From an uncultured Hyphomicrobiales bacterium (GTDB lineage: Bacteria > Bacteroidota > Ignavibacteria > Kapaibacteriales > UBA2268), in the NCBI GenBank assembly GCA_964473465.1, contig CAYYPE010000002.1, positions 48,487-112,486 of the forward strand: 64,000 nucleotides of DNA, in the 5' to 3' direction. The notes beneath the pieces are model-generated. The model had not been told where the DNA came from, ran no database searches, and saw nothing but the letters and a program-made list of their open reading frames with translations. A program made the translations under genes and the position numbers. How positions within the stretch are numbered: the stretch's first letter is position 1; each line of letters opens with the position of its first letter. Shown here piece after piece: positions 40,930 to 51,500 of this stretch.

Positions 40930-40994
40930 TGGCAATCGATAAATTGCAATTCATTTTGATTCTAAATCATTTTTTTTAATAACGGAGTATTTTT

Positions 40995-43037
40995 ATGAAA
41001 AAAAATCTAATTACAATTCTTTTATTTCTAATTATTACGCCTTTCTTCTTAGAGGCACAGACACCCACAACTGTCAAATTGACAAGACCAAACGGAGGTG
41101 AAAAATTCAGGGCCGGAACTTCTGAAGATTTAACTTGGGACACAGTTGGTACATATCGAGCTAAATGGACATTCCAGTTTGCAACATCTCCGACTGGTCC
41201 TTGGACCAATTTAGGTGGTGCAACTAATGTTCTTGATAGTGCAACAAGAAGAGGGAAATTTGCTGGTGGTTTCAGAGTACCTGCCGTAAAGACAACAACA
41301 GGATATGTAAGAATAATATTAGTCAATCCCGATGGAACATTGAATGAATCAGTATCTGATATAAATGATGCACCTTTCGAAATTGAACAGCCAGAGGCAA
41401 CACGTTCTGATTCAGTTCTGAAAGATGCAATTAATACAAGAGTAAAGCTCACAAGTAAAAAGATTTACAGTTTAGATGGTTACGTTTATGTTGATGATGG
41501 CGGAATTCTCGAAATTGAGGCCGGTACAATAATTATTGGTGATACAGTTGGACAGAATTCAGGTATCTGCGTTAACAGAGGTGGTAAAATACTTGCCCAG
41601 GGAACTGCTAAGAATCCAATCGTAATGACAAGTTCTGCACCTCCCGGACAAAGAAGAGGCGGAGACTGGGGAGGCTTACTGATTTGCGGTAAAGCAGCAA
41701 CCAATCATCCCGGAGGTGAAGCAGCTCTTGAAGGCGGTATTGCAGACGGAAGCACTGTGAGAGTTCGTGGATGGTTCGGCGGAAAAAATGCTCCCGATGA
41801 TAATGACAACAGTGGCATTATTGAGTATGTAAGAATAGAGTTTGCTGGAATAGCAGCTACACCGAACTCAGAACTTAATTCATTAACTATGGGTGCTGTT
41901 GGTCGTGGTACAAAAATTAATCATGTCTGCGTCAGCTATGCAAATGATGATGCTTATGAATGGTTTGGTGGAACTGTTGATGCTAAATACTTGGTATCAG
42001 TTGGAACTCTTGATGACGACTGGGATTGTGATAACGGTTTTAGCGGTAGAATCCAGTTCGCAGTTGCTCAAAGATATAAAGAAAGAGCAGACGTTTCAAC
42101 AAGTCAGGCATTCGAAATTGACAACGACGCAAGTGGTTCATATAACAAACCTTATACAACTGTTCTTTTCTCCAATATTACTGCAATCGGTCCTCTGGCA
42201 GACACAAGCTGGACTGCAACAGCAACAGGTTCTGGTGAAAAGAATTACAGTAGAAACTTCGGTGCAGGTGCTCAATTAAGAAGAAACTCACGTGCTTCTA
42301 TCGTAAATTCTCTTTTCCTTGGATGGCCCAGAGGTATTGAGCTACTTAGTACTGGAACTCAGGCTGCCGCCAATAACGATTCTATCTTTATCAGAAATAG
42401 TTATTGGTATGGAGTAAAAGGTCAGGTTCTTAGACTTGACGGAACCACACCTCCAATTCCTGCTGATTGGGTACTCAACCCTGCTTTTAATAATTTTGTT
42501 GATGTTGAAAAACCTCAAAAAGCTCAATTAACAAACCCCTTTATTATTGGTAACGATTTTAATCCTGCTCCATTAGCAAGTGCACCTTACTTAAATAAAG
42601 CTTCATTCACCGGTAATGGCATTGTCAAAATTGATGATCCATATTTTACAAAAGTAAGCTATGCCGGTGCTTTTGAACCTGATATTGCAAAAAGATGGGA
42701 TTTACCATGGTGTGAATATGACCCGATTAACAAAGCATATTTACCAACTTCAGTAGATGACAATGAACTAACAGAAGAACCTTCAATCAAAATTTCTCCA
42801 AATCCTGTTTCTTCTGTTGCTACTGTTTTATATAACATCACTAGAGATGACAATGTTCAAATAAGAATAGTCAATCCGGCTGGTGCTCTCGTTAGCACAA
42901 TAGCTTCAAGCAGATACCAGACAGAAGGCTATTATGAATTTTCTATTGATGTAAATCAGTTATCCAACGGTGTTTATTTTGTCCAGATTGTTACCTCAAA
43001 TGGTATCATCTCCGAGAAATTTACTGTTGTAAAATAA
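40995..43037 (+). CDS. Secreted Ig-like + right-handed beta-helix protein (TBDR-partner family) with T9SS C-terminal domain
   Basis: Sec signal without lipobox Cys; RPNGGE...TW Ig start; GDWGGL, DNDNSG.IEYVRIEFAG, ELNSLTMG.VG.GT, DDAYEWFGGTV, DDDWD; C-terminal SPNPV...NGVYF. Confidence 0.8.
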   Translation: MKKNLITILLFLIITPFFLEAQTPTTVKLTRPNGGEKFRAGTSEDLTWDTVGTYRAKWTFQFATSPTGPWTNLGGATNVLDSATRRGKFAGGFRVPAVKTTTGYVRIILVNPDGTLNESVSDINDAPFEIEQPEATRSDSVLKDAINTRVKLTSKKIYSLDGYVYVDDGGILEIEAGTIIIGDTVGQNSGICVNRGGKILAQGTAKNPIVMTSSAPPGQRRGGDWGGLLICGKAATNHPGGEAALEGGIADGSTVRVRGWFGGKNAPDDNDNSGIIEYVRIEFAGIAATPNSELNSLTMGAVGRGTKINHVCVSYANDDAYEWFGGTVDAKYLVSVGTLDDDWDCDNGFSGRIQFAVAQRYKERADVSTSQAFEIDNDASGSYNKPYTTVLFSNITAIGPLADTSWTATATGSGEKNYSRNFGAGAQLRRNSRASIVNSLFLGWPRGIELLSTGTQAAANNDSIFIRNSYWYGVKGQVLRLDGTTPPIPADWVLNPAFNNFVDVEKPQKAQLTNPFIIGNDFNPAPLASAPYLNKASFTGNGIVKIDDPYFTKVSYAGAFEPDIAKRWDLPWCEYDPINKAYLPTSVDDNELTEEPSIKISPNPVSSVATVLYNITRDDNVQIRIVNPAGALVSTIASSRYQTEGYYEFSIDVNQLSNGVYFVQIVTSNGIISEKFTVVK

Positions 43038-43063
43038 TTCATGTCTTTCTATAATTCATATTC

Positions 43064-43093
43064 AAGGGTTGCTTTGACAAAAAGCAACCCTTT
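43064..43093 (+). terminator. Intrinsic terminator
   Basis: AAGGGTTGCTTT / AAAGCAACCCTT stem. Confidence 0.75.
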
Positions 43094-43141
43094 ATAATTT
43101 ACTAATATTAATATCGTTTGTATAGTTTTTAAGGTTAAAAT

Positions 43142-43567
43142 ATGGATGTATTAATTCTTTGTACAGGAAATTCATGCAGAAGTCAGATGGCTGAGGCATT
43201 TATGCGTTCATTTAATCCTAAGTTAAATGTGTCTTCGGCAGGAACCAAACCAGCATCGAAAGTTAATCCCTATGCAGTAAAAGTAATGTCAGAAGTAGGT
43301 ATTGATATAAGCTCTCATTATCCAAAAGATGTGGATGAATTTATTACAAAATCATTTGATTATGTAATAACAGTATGCGATAACGCAAAAGAAACCTGCC
43401 CTGTTTTTACTGGAAAGGTAAAAAACCGTCTTCATATTGGATTCGATGATCCTGCTGATGCAACCGGAACAGAGGAAGAGATAATATCAGTTTTCAGAAA
43501 GGTAAGAGATGAAATAAAAAAGGACTTTCTTGATTTTTATAACAAAAATATAAAGGAAAATTTATGA
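43142..43567 (+). CDS. arsC: Arsenate reductase (LMW-PTP fold, thioredoxin type)
   Basis: LCTGNSCRSQMAE, TVCDNAKETCP, FDDP. Confidence 0.88.
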   Translation: MDVLILCTGNSCRSQMAEAFMRSFNPKLNVSSAGTKPASKVNPYAVKVMSEVGIDISSHYPKDVDEFITKSFDYVITVCDNAKETCPVFTGKVKNRLHIGFDDPADATGTEEEIISVFRKVRDEIKKDFLDFYNKNIKENL

Positions 43568-44355
43568 AAGATTCATTAGCAAAAAAGATAGTTAAAGAAA
43601 AATATTCCGAAATTGCCTCACTTCCAATTCTTTCTTCTTCTTCTTGTTGTGGTTCTGATATTACTTATGATATAGCTACAATGAAAGATGATTATAGTAA
43701 TGTTGAAGGATATTTTAATGAAGCTGATTTAGGTCTCGGTTGTGGCATTCCAACAGAGTTTGCAGAAATAAAGGAAGGTGATTTTGTTCTGGATCTTGGT
43801 TCAGGTGCCGGTAATGATGTTTTTATTGCAAGAAGACTAACTGGGGCTACTGGAAAAGTCATAGGCCTCGATATGACCGAAAAGATGATAGAAAAGGCAA
43901 ATGTTAATAAAACTAAACTTGGATATGAAAATGTTGAATTTGTTCTTGGTGATATAGAGCAAATGCCATTTGATGATAACTTGTTTGATGTTGTTATAAG
44001 TAATTGTGTTCTTAATTTGGTACCTGACAAAGCAAAAGCCTTTTCAGAAATATTCCGAGCTTTAAAACATGGAGGTCATTTTTGTATCTCAGACATAGTT
44101 ATCGAAGGAATTCTACCTGAAAAATTATATGAAGTTGCCACTCTTTATGTTGGTTGTGTTTCTGGTGCTCTAAACCAGGACTCCTATCTTGATATAGTTA
44201 AAAATTTAGGATTTAACAACATACAGATTAGAAAAGAAAAGCTTATAAATATCCCGGATTCTGTTTATTTAAAATATCTTGACAAATCTGATTTAGATGA
44301 ATTTAAAAATAGAAATGTTAAAATAAAAAGTATAACCTTGACAGCTCAGAAGTAG
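43564..44355 (+). CDS. arsM: Arsenite S-adenosylmethionine methyltransferase
   Basis: SSCCG, LGLGCGIP, LDLGSGAG, ISNCVLNL, GCVSGA; overlaps the arsC stop. Confidence 0.88.
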   Translation: MKDSLAKKIVKEKYSEIASLPILSSSSCCGSDITYDIATMKDDYSNVEGYFNEADLGLGCGIPTEFAEIKEGDFVLDLGSGAGNDVFIARRLTGATGKVIGLDMTEKMIEKANVNKTKLGYENVEFVLGDIEQMPFDDNLFDVVISNCVLNLVPDKAKAFSEIFRALKHGGHFCISDIVIEGILPEKLYEVATLYVGCVSGALNQDSYLDIVKNLGFNNIQIRKEKLINIPDSVYLKYLDKSDLDEFKNRNVKIKSITLTAQK

Positions 44356-45302
44356 ATTCTTAACTTTACTGAACCCCAGAAAGTATTTTTGGCATCTTTG
44401 AATTCTGAAGTTCTTATTGAATTACTATAAGCCAGCTCAATATCATAAATATTTATTTTAAGTCCGTATTCACCGTTGAAATAAAATCTGTTTATATTAT
44501 CTGCAGAAATACTATAGACGCTGCTTTTGTTAAATATACCACCCTGTAAGAGAGAATTATAAATAACAAATCTAACAAAAGAATCAAAATAAACATAGTA
44601 AGCAATACTTGTTTTTTTATCCTTTCCAAGTTTCAAATCATAAAATCTGCCGATTTTAAAGTTTGCCCCTAATCCAAATTCATTCACTAAGGTACCGGCA
44701 TTAAAATCAAAAAGAACTGAAGTATTAATAAATTCAGGCAAAAAATCATAAAATATTGCGTTTTCGAACCGATTATAAAAGTTTAATACAATATCAGTTG
44801 CAAGCTGGTTATCCCAGCCTTTAGGTATTGGAGATTTGAACCATTGACGATGGAGAAACGTCTGTAATTCCTCTCCCAAAGCATATTTCCCTATAAAACC
44901 TATGGAAAGATGGCTCAAGAGCTTTTGCTTTAACAAAAAATTATTAGATGATTTGGATAGAGCAAGATAGAAAAGACCTGCATAGGGTCTGTCATGGCTC
45001 AAAATTGTATCTGAACTTATATCCGATGGTGTAAACAGCTTATGAGTTAATGATATGGAATAATTCTCTTCATTTTTATCAAGAGAAAAAAGGAAATCGT
45101 TGAGAAAAAATTCAGGTGTTTTGGATTTAGGAAATGTCAGGCTTAATTCTGTTCCGTAAGTGTAATATCTGTCGTAATTTTTACCAATTGAAAAAGCATC
45201 ATTGTCTATATTAATTTGAAGGGAGTAGTTATCGTCAAGACAAAAAGCTATATTTATTGATAAAATGAAAATAATTATAACATTTATTAGCTTATTATTC
45301 AT
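44346..45302 (-). CDS. Lipid A deacylase LpxR family (DUF2219) outer membrane protein
   Basis: DNDAF..DRYYT.G, LFTP.DI, DRPYAG.FY, Q.FLH, GWDNQL, terminal F. Confidence 0.8.
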   Translation of the reverse strand: MNNKLINVIIIFILSINIAFCLDDNYSLQINIDNDAFSIGKNYDRYYTYGTELSLTFPKSKTPEFFLNDFLFSLDKNEENYSISLTHKLFTPSDISSDTILSHDRPYAGLFYLALSKSSNNFLLKQKLLSHLSIGFIGKYALGEELQTFLHRQWFKSPIPKGWDNQLATDIVLNFYNRFENAIFYDFLPEFINTSVLFDFNAGTLVNEFGLGANFKIGRFYDLKLGKDKKTSIAYYVYFDSFVRFVIYNSLLQGGIFNKSSVYSISADNINRFYFNGEYGLKINIYDIELAYSNSIRTSEFKDAKNTFWGSVKLRIYF

Positions 45303-45383
45303 TCCAGTCTCTAAAGTTTAAATATTTTTCAAAAAATGAAATACAAAATATAAAGAATATAAGTAAAAAGGTATTTTTTTTAA

Positions 45384-45391
45384 TATTTTTG
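45384..45391 (+). promoter_or_regulatory. Bacteroidota-type -7 element for the aldehyde dehydrogenase gene
   Basis: TATTTTTG about 26 nt before ATG 45417. Confidence 0.35.
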
Positions 45392-45416
45392 TTTTTTTCT
45401 GAACAGGAAAATAATA

Positions 45417-46787
45417 ATGAATAGCTTTTTTACAATTAATCCTACTAATGAAGAAATAATAAAGGAATACAAAGAATTCAGTTTAGCTTATATTGATGAA
45501 TTGATATTTCTTGCAGATAAAACATTTCACTCGTGGCGAGAGACAACATTTGCACATAGGGCTGAATTGATGAGAAAAGCAGGGACAATTTTGATTGAGC
45601 GAAAAGAAGAACTTGCCCGATTGATGGCTGTCGAAATGGGAAAACCTATAATTCAGGGAATAGCCGAAGCAGAAAAATGTGCCTGGGTTTGTGATTACTA
45701 TGCAGATAATGCTGAAAAATTTTTAGCTGATGAACATATACCAACACAGATGAAAAAGAGTTATGCCGCCTTTATTCCTCTGGGGGTCGTTTTTGCAATT
45801 ATGCCGTGGAACTTTCCTTTCTGGCAGGTATTCAGATTTGCCGCTCCTGCATTAATGGCTGGTAACACAGCTATTTTAAAGCATGCTCGAAACACAATGG
45901 GTTGTGCATTGGAAATTGAGCGGATTTTCAGAAAAGCTGGATTCCCCGATGGTGCCTTCACTACTCTGGTTATTGGTTCAGATTCTGTCCCGAAAGTAAT
46001 CAGTCATCCACTCGTTAAAGCTGTTACACTCACTGGTAGCACTCCAGTAGGTAGTAAAGTTGCAGAAAAATCAGGCAATAAGATAAAGAAATGCGTTCTT
46101 GAGCTTGGTGGAAGTGACCCTTACGTCATACTCGCTGATGCAAATCTGGAAAAAGCCGTTGAAACTTGCGTTATAGCCAGATTGATAAATAGTGGTCAAA
46201 GCTGTATTGCAGCAAAGAGATTTATAGTAGTAAGGGAAATATACAATGAGTTCATCCATCTGTTTACCGAGGGGATGAAGTCCGTCAGGATGGGCGATCC
46301 ACTTGATAAAGAAAATTTAGTAGGACCACAGGCAAGAAAAGATTTACAGGAAACACTTCATCAACAGGTATTACAAAGCAGACAAAAAGGAGCTAAGTTG
46401 ATTCTTGGAGGTGAAATACCAAAAGGTAAAGGATTTTTCTACCCTCCAACTGTTCTATCAGATGTTTATAAAGGCATGGCAGCTTACGACGAGGAAACAT
46501 TTGGTCCGGTAGCTGCTATAATCCCGGCAGCAAGTGAAAAACAAGCAATAGAAATTGCAAATGATAATATCTACGGACTCGGCTCCGCAATATTCACCGA
46601 AGATTTGGAAAAAGGCGAATGGATTGCCCGAAACAAACTTGATGCGGGCTGCTGCTTCGTAAATGATTACGTAAAATCAGATCCACGATTGCCTTTCGGG
46701 GGTATAAAGCAATCTGGCTACGGTCGTGAACTTTCGATTTATGGAATTAAGGAATTCGTCAACATAAAAACTGTCGTTGTTAAGTAG
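45417..46787 (+). CDS. NAD(P)-dependent succinate-semialdehyde dehydrogenase-like aldehyde dehydrogenase
   Basis: IMPWNFPFWQ, LTGS, LELGGSDP, NSGQSCIAAKR, EETFGP, PFGGIKQSGYGRE. Confidence 0.9.
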   Translation: MNSFFTINPTNEEIIKEYKEFSLAYIDELIFLADKTFHSWRETTFAHRAELMRKAGTILIERKEELARLMAVEMGKPIIQGIAEAEKCAWVCDYYADNAEKFLADEHIPTQMKKSYAAFIPLGVVFAIMPWNFPFWQVFRFAAPALMAGNTAILKHARNTMGCALEIERIFRKAGFPDGAFTTLVIGSDSVPKVISHPLVKAVTLTGSTPVGSKVAEKSGNKIKKCVLELGGSDPYVILADANLEKAVETCVIARLINSGQSCIAAKRFIVVREIYNEFIHLFTEGMKSVRMGDPLDKENLVGPQARKDLQETLHQQVLQSRQKGAKLILGGEIPKGKGFFYPPTVLSDVYKGMAAYDEETFGPVAAIIPAASEKQAIEIANDNIYGLGSAIFTEDLEKGEWIARNKLDAGCCFVNDYVKSDPRLPFGGIKQSGYGRELSIYGIKEFVNIKTVVVK

Positions 46788-46853
46788 ATATTTAAGAACA
46801 ATTGTAAATAGAATTCTAAAAATTATGATAAAAACAAACTGAAATTATAAAAT

Positions 46854-48176
46854 TTATATAATTCCATCGAATATAAATTTGTGTAATCTTAAGACCATAT
46901 TTTCCGAAACTGAATCAGATAAAATAAGATGAAAGGTATTTGAATTATTATCATAATCAATCTGGAAAATCAATTCATCTTTGAACAAATCCTTTTGTTT
47001 CAATACATATTGCAGAATTTCTGGATAAGCATTTATAATAGTGATAAGACTTAAATTCCCTTTGAAAACTTTTTCGTTTGAATTATGGTTTATTTTCTTA
47101 CCTGTTTTGTTTTCGTATAAGAAAGCAGTTGAGTCAGGAAATTTATAAAGGATTTTTATTTGATTGTCGTTTACGTAATTATTGATTTTGTGATTATTGG
47201 AATTTCCATCATTAAGGTATTTTAAAAAAGTGAGTTTCTTTGTTAAAAGTATAACAGAAATTTTCTTCGATGATTTCTCAGAGGAAATTACTGATGTTCC
47301 TCCTGTTGGATAATTAGCAGATTTATAGGTTATCGAGATATTGGCAGATTCAGCTAAATCCAGCATATCTGGATAGATAAGCTTGAGCCCGTTATCCGAT
47401 AAAATCCTTGCTTCATCGAAACTTAATGAAGATATTAGTTTTGTATTGTTGACAATCTTTGGGTCGGCGGTTCTGATGCCTTTGACGTCAGTCCATAAAA
47501 TCAATTCCTTTGCATTCAGAATTTTTGCAAGCAGAACAGCTGTTAGGTTTGAACTTTCAATCCCCATTGTTGTTGTTTCGCCATTTTTGTTTGCTCCGAC
47601 AAATCCCTGAGTGAGAACAAAACCTTTGTTCCTTGTTTCAGGGGGAATAAGAATATCAACATTTTTTTCGGTTTCTACTAAGTCAGGGGCAGCTTTCCCG
47701 AAATTTGAATTAGTTGTTATTAATTTTCTGGAATCAATGCAATTAACTTTGTAACCAAGTTCCAAAAGAAAACAATTAGTAGTATGCAGGGCTAAAAGTT
47801 CCCCATAACTAAGAATTATATCAGTTATTCTGGGAGATAATTCCTGAGTAATAGATACACTTGAAATATATTTCTTTAAATCGTCAAAAGAAGAATTATA
47901 TAAATCCTCGAGTTCTTTAATGTATTTTTTTTCTTTGATAATGCTATCTCTTATTGATTTATGCTCATCAATGAATTTATTTAAAATATCAAATGCTTTT
48001 GTCTGAATGCCACTTTCTGCAAGAAGCGCTGACTCTTTCAGCATGCTCGTAGATTTTGAAAATGCAGACACTACTATTGTAACCGGCTTATTTTTATAAG
48101 CAGACAGAACATCAGCCATCTTAAAAAAACCCTGTTTATTTTTTAAAACAGAGCCACCAAATTTCATAACAATCAT
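46854..48176 (-). CDS. Aspartokinase-like amino acid kinase with degenerate motifs
   Basis: MKFGGS, SYGE, QGFVG, WTDVKGIRTADP; GRGGSD replaced by GIESSN. Confidence 0.75.
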   Translation of the reverse strand: MIVMKFGGSVLKNKQGFFKMADVLSAYKNKPVTIVVSAFSKSTSMLKESALLAESGIQTKAFDILNKFIDEHKSIRDSIIKEKKYIKELEDLYNSSFDDLKKYISSVSITQELSPRITDIILSYGELLALHTTNCFLLELGYKVNCIDSRKLITTNSNFGKAAPDLVETEKNVDILIPPETRNKGFVLTQGFVGANKNGETTTMGIESSNLTAVLLAKILNAKELILWTDVKGIRTADPKIVNNTKLISSLSFDEARILSDNGLKLIYPDMLDLAESANISITYKSANYPTGGTSVISSEKSSKKISVILLTKKLTFLKYLNDGNSNNHKINNYVNDNQIKILYKFPDSTAFLYENKTGKKINHNSNEKVFKGNLSLITIINAYPEILQYVLKQKDLFKDELIFQIDYDNNSNTFHLILSDSVSENMVLRLHKFIFDGII

Positions 48177-48196
48177 TTTTACCTCAAAATTTTTTA

Positions 48197-48204
48197 CAAA
48201 ATTA
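48197..48204 (-). promoter_or_regulatory. Bacteroidota-type -7 element for the aspartokinase-like gene
   Basis: TAATTTTG on the minus strand about 21 nt before the ATG. Confidence 0.4.
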
Positions 48205-48273
48205 ATGAATTTTTTCTAATTTTGGTTAGCTTAAATTTTAAAATCATAACGTAAGTCAATGAAAAAAAATAGA

Positions 48274-48365
48274 AGTGTGTAAAGATTTACAGAGTGTGTA
48301 AAAAATTACACACTTTTTGTTTTAAAAGTAAAATTTTTTTTACAGTATGTAAAAAAATTGACACA
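48274..48365. repeat. Cluster of TGTAA...TTACA palindromic repeats (operator-like)
   Basis: AGTGTGTAAAGATTTACAG, AGTGTGTAAAAAATTACAC (19-bp tandem), GTAAAA...TTTTAC and AGTATGTAAAAAAATTGACAC. Confidence 0.6.
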
Positions 48366-48592
48366 ATTAATAGTATATATTTATAGCCTTTTGATTAGAT
48401 TTACCATTGAAAATTAACAAATTAAGAGAATATTAACAGTATTAAAGAGAAATAAGACAGGTGTTAAAACTTTTGTAACATTTTTTCGATTCTACTGTTA
48501 AATAAGGTGTTAAAAAATTGAAATAAAAGATAATTAAGTGTATATATATTTTTTAATTAACTAGTGTTAAACAAATTCAAAAGGAGTGTTTT

Positions 48593-51500
48593 ATGAAACA
48601 TTCGACACAAAATCCGAAACTGATACCGAGACTGCTTGCATTAATTGCGGTAGCTCTTATCGGTTGGATTAGCAACAGCAATTTGCTGGCACAACCCTCA
48701 GGATACTGCGTTCCCTGGCCTCCCCAAGGTTCAGAATCTCAGTCCTATTTCTATTGCTGGTCCTACTATAATTACTTCAGCAAAGTGCAAGTAATTCACA
48801 CCCAGACTAATCAGGTTGTATTTACCAGAACATCCGGCGACGAAGGATGCTATATCAATACTGGTGAAGTTATGAACCTGAAGCTGGGAAATGCTTACAA
48901 ACTTGTAGCAACTGTCAGTACAAACTATCCTTATTACTATTGGTACACAAGGTTGTTTATTGACTGGAATCAAAATGCAATTTTTGCTAATGCTGGTGGC
49001 TTGACAGAATATTATGGTTCTGTTTATACCTACCGATATGGTTCATATTCTGCAGACGTAACCTTTAATTTCACTGTTCCATGCCAGGCAACACCCGGAA
49101 GAACTATGTTAAGGTTGCTAACCAGTATTTACTATGATCAGGGTGCAAATGCCTGCCGAAATGGATATTGGTATAACTATCCGGGTTATTACGACTATAA
49201 CTACGACTATGGAGAGAGCGAAGATTATATAGTAAATCTACTGCCAGACCTTGAAGACTTTTTCCCGGCAAACGAAGCAATTCTCTATGCTAACGAAAAA
49301 TATAACGGAGAAACCAGAGCCAGAACTGGCACAACAACCCCGTTAATCGATTTCAAAAAGCCAAGTGTAAAACTTGGTTCAGTTCAACCATCTGGCTCAA
49401 TTATGACTTATAAAATTGTTGGTCCACTTCCGTCAACAGAAGTTGTTTATGAAGCACTTGACCCTGCAACAGGCTCACCAAACGTCAATATCAGTAATCT
49501 GCAAACTGTAACTTTTACAAGAGCAAGAGGAAGATATGCAGTTGATGATAACGGAACCTTTTTAGCAACAAGTGGTGGTGAATACAGACTCGGTATTGCA
49601 GTATCCGGAGCAGGTTGCCCCGGCGAAGCATACAGTTCATTCACTGTTTCTTGGGACAACGACCTTTCAGTCAGAGACATTGTATCACCCAAATCAAATG
49701 CTGCTCCAAGATATTTGAAGTATTTGAGAGGACAGACTATTAAAGTCTCAGCTACATTCCAGAACGTCGGTCTTAATGTTGTAAGACAGTTCGAAGGAAG
49801 AGTAAGAATCTGGAATCAAAGTGGAAGTTTAATTTACAACCAGACATACCAATATGATGCCTACAACAATCCAAAAGACATTCCATTGTCTCCCGGACAA
49901 AAAATTGATGTTGATTTCCCGAATTTCAAAACCAATGAAATAGGTATTTACAGAATGCAGGTGGATTGTGATCTTCAGGATGCAATTGATCAGGAAGATT
50001 ATAACGATCATCTGCCAAGGCCGGATGCCAATTCATACTACTTCGAAATTGCTTACGAAATTCAGTTGGCTTCAAATGCAATGCTGAAACCAAAGCAAGG
50101 CGAGGTAATTCTCGGGAACAGACCAATTATACCAGTAGGTGAATTTAAGAACCTTGGTGTTGGTGATGCCTCTGACGTTCCTGCTAAACTAAATGTTTAT
50201 AAATTACCGATTACAAGTACATCTCAGCCTGCTTATACAAGCAATATTATTGTTCAGGACATTCCAGCAGGAAAATACAATACAAAAGTTGAGTATTTCG
50301 AGCCGATGGAAATCAAGGAAACCGGCGATTACATGGCTTGCCTTATTATTAACCACATTGAAGATGTAGTTAGAGGTGATGACACACTCTGTATTTATTT
50401 CACGGTCGAAGGTGGTCTATCAGGTACTTATACCATTGGAACTGCCAATTCTGGTAGTTCAAGGAACTTCCCAACGATTGACTCTGCAATGAATGCACTC
50501 TACTATCGTGGTTTGGCTGGTTCCGTAGTCTTCGAATTTACTGATGCAAACTACACAGTTACATCACAAAGACCTGATCAACCTGCATGGGATTTCACAA
50601 CATATATAATAAACAGTGGTTATAATCCTGACACAAGAACTTCTAATACCATCACTTTCAAACCCTCAATACAAAGATCATTAACTAAGGGTGGTGTAAC
50701 CATTACTCTGCAATCAGCTAATGGTAAAGGTATTCAGTTCGGACAGTCATTAAATCCATCAAATCCATACTCATTATACAATCAGTATCAGAGCTACGGA
50801 CAATTTGCAAAGAAATATGCAAATTCGAAGGGATATATCACTTTTGATGGAGGTAGCCAAAAATCAATCAAATTCAAATTACAAAGTTATTCATCAGTTC
50901 ACGGTGCTGCAATTTATCTTGGAAGAGGCTCTACAAACATCTCTATCAAGAACTGTATAATCGAGAACGCAACACCTTCAATTAAGTGCAATACCTGGTT
51001 ACCAATGACATTATATAATCAGGTAAGCGGTTTCAGAACACAGGCTGACACACTTCAATCTGGTTCACAGCGATTCAGCTACTCAGCTGGTGTTGTAAAT
51101 AGAAACAGTTTATTCGGCGATGAGTTCAACGAAAGAGAAAGAGAAACAGCACAATTGATCAGAGTTGATACTATACCAAACGTGAATAACGTAATCAGCG
51201 GAAACGAAATCTATGGATTTGGTTATGGAGTTCTTTCATTAGGTCTTGGACCACTATGGATGGAAAATGATGCTGTTTACAGAAGATGGTACAACATGAA
51301 CAATGAAATCAGCAACAACAGAATTTATGATATCTGCAGAGCTGGTATCTATCTTGGTTACGAAGAAAACACAACAGTATCAGGCAACAGAATCCACACA
51401 GTAACAGGAACAGCTGATGCAGCTGGTATCATAGTCGGTGGTGATGCTTCCGGTAACTACAAAGGCTATAACAACGTCGGCATTAAATTAAATGCAAACG

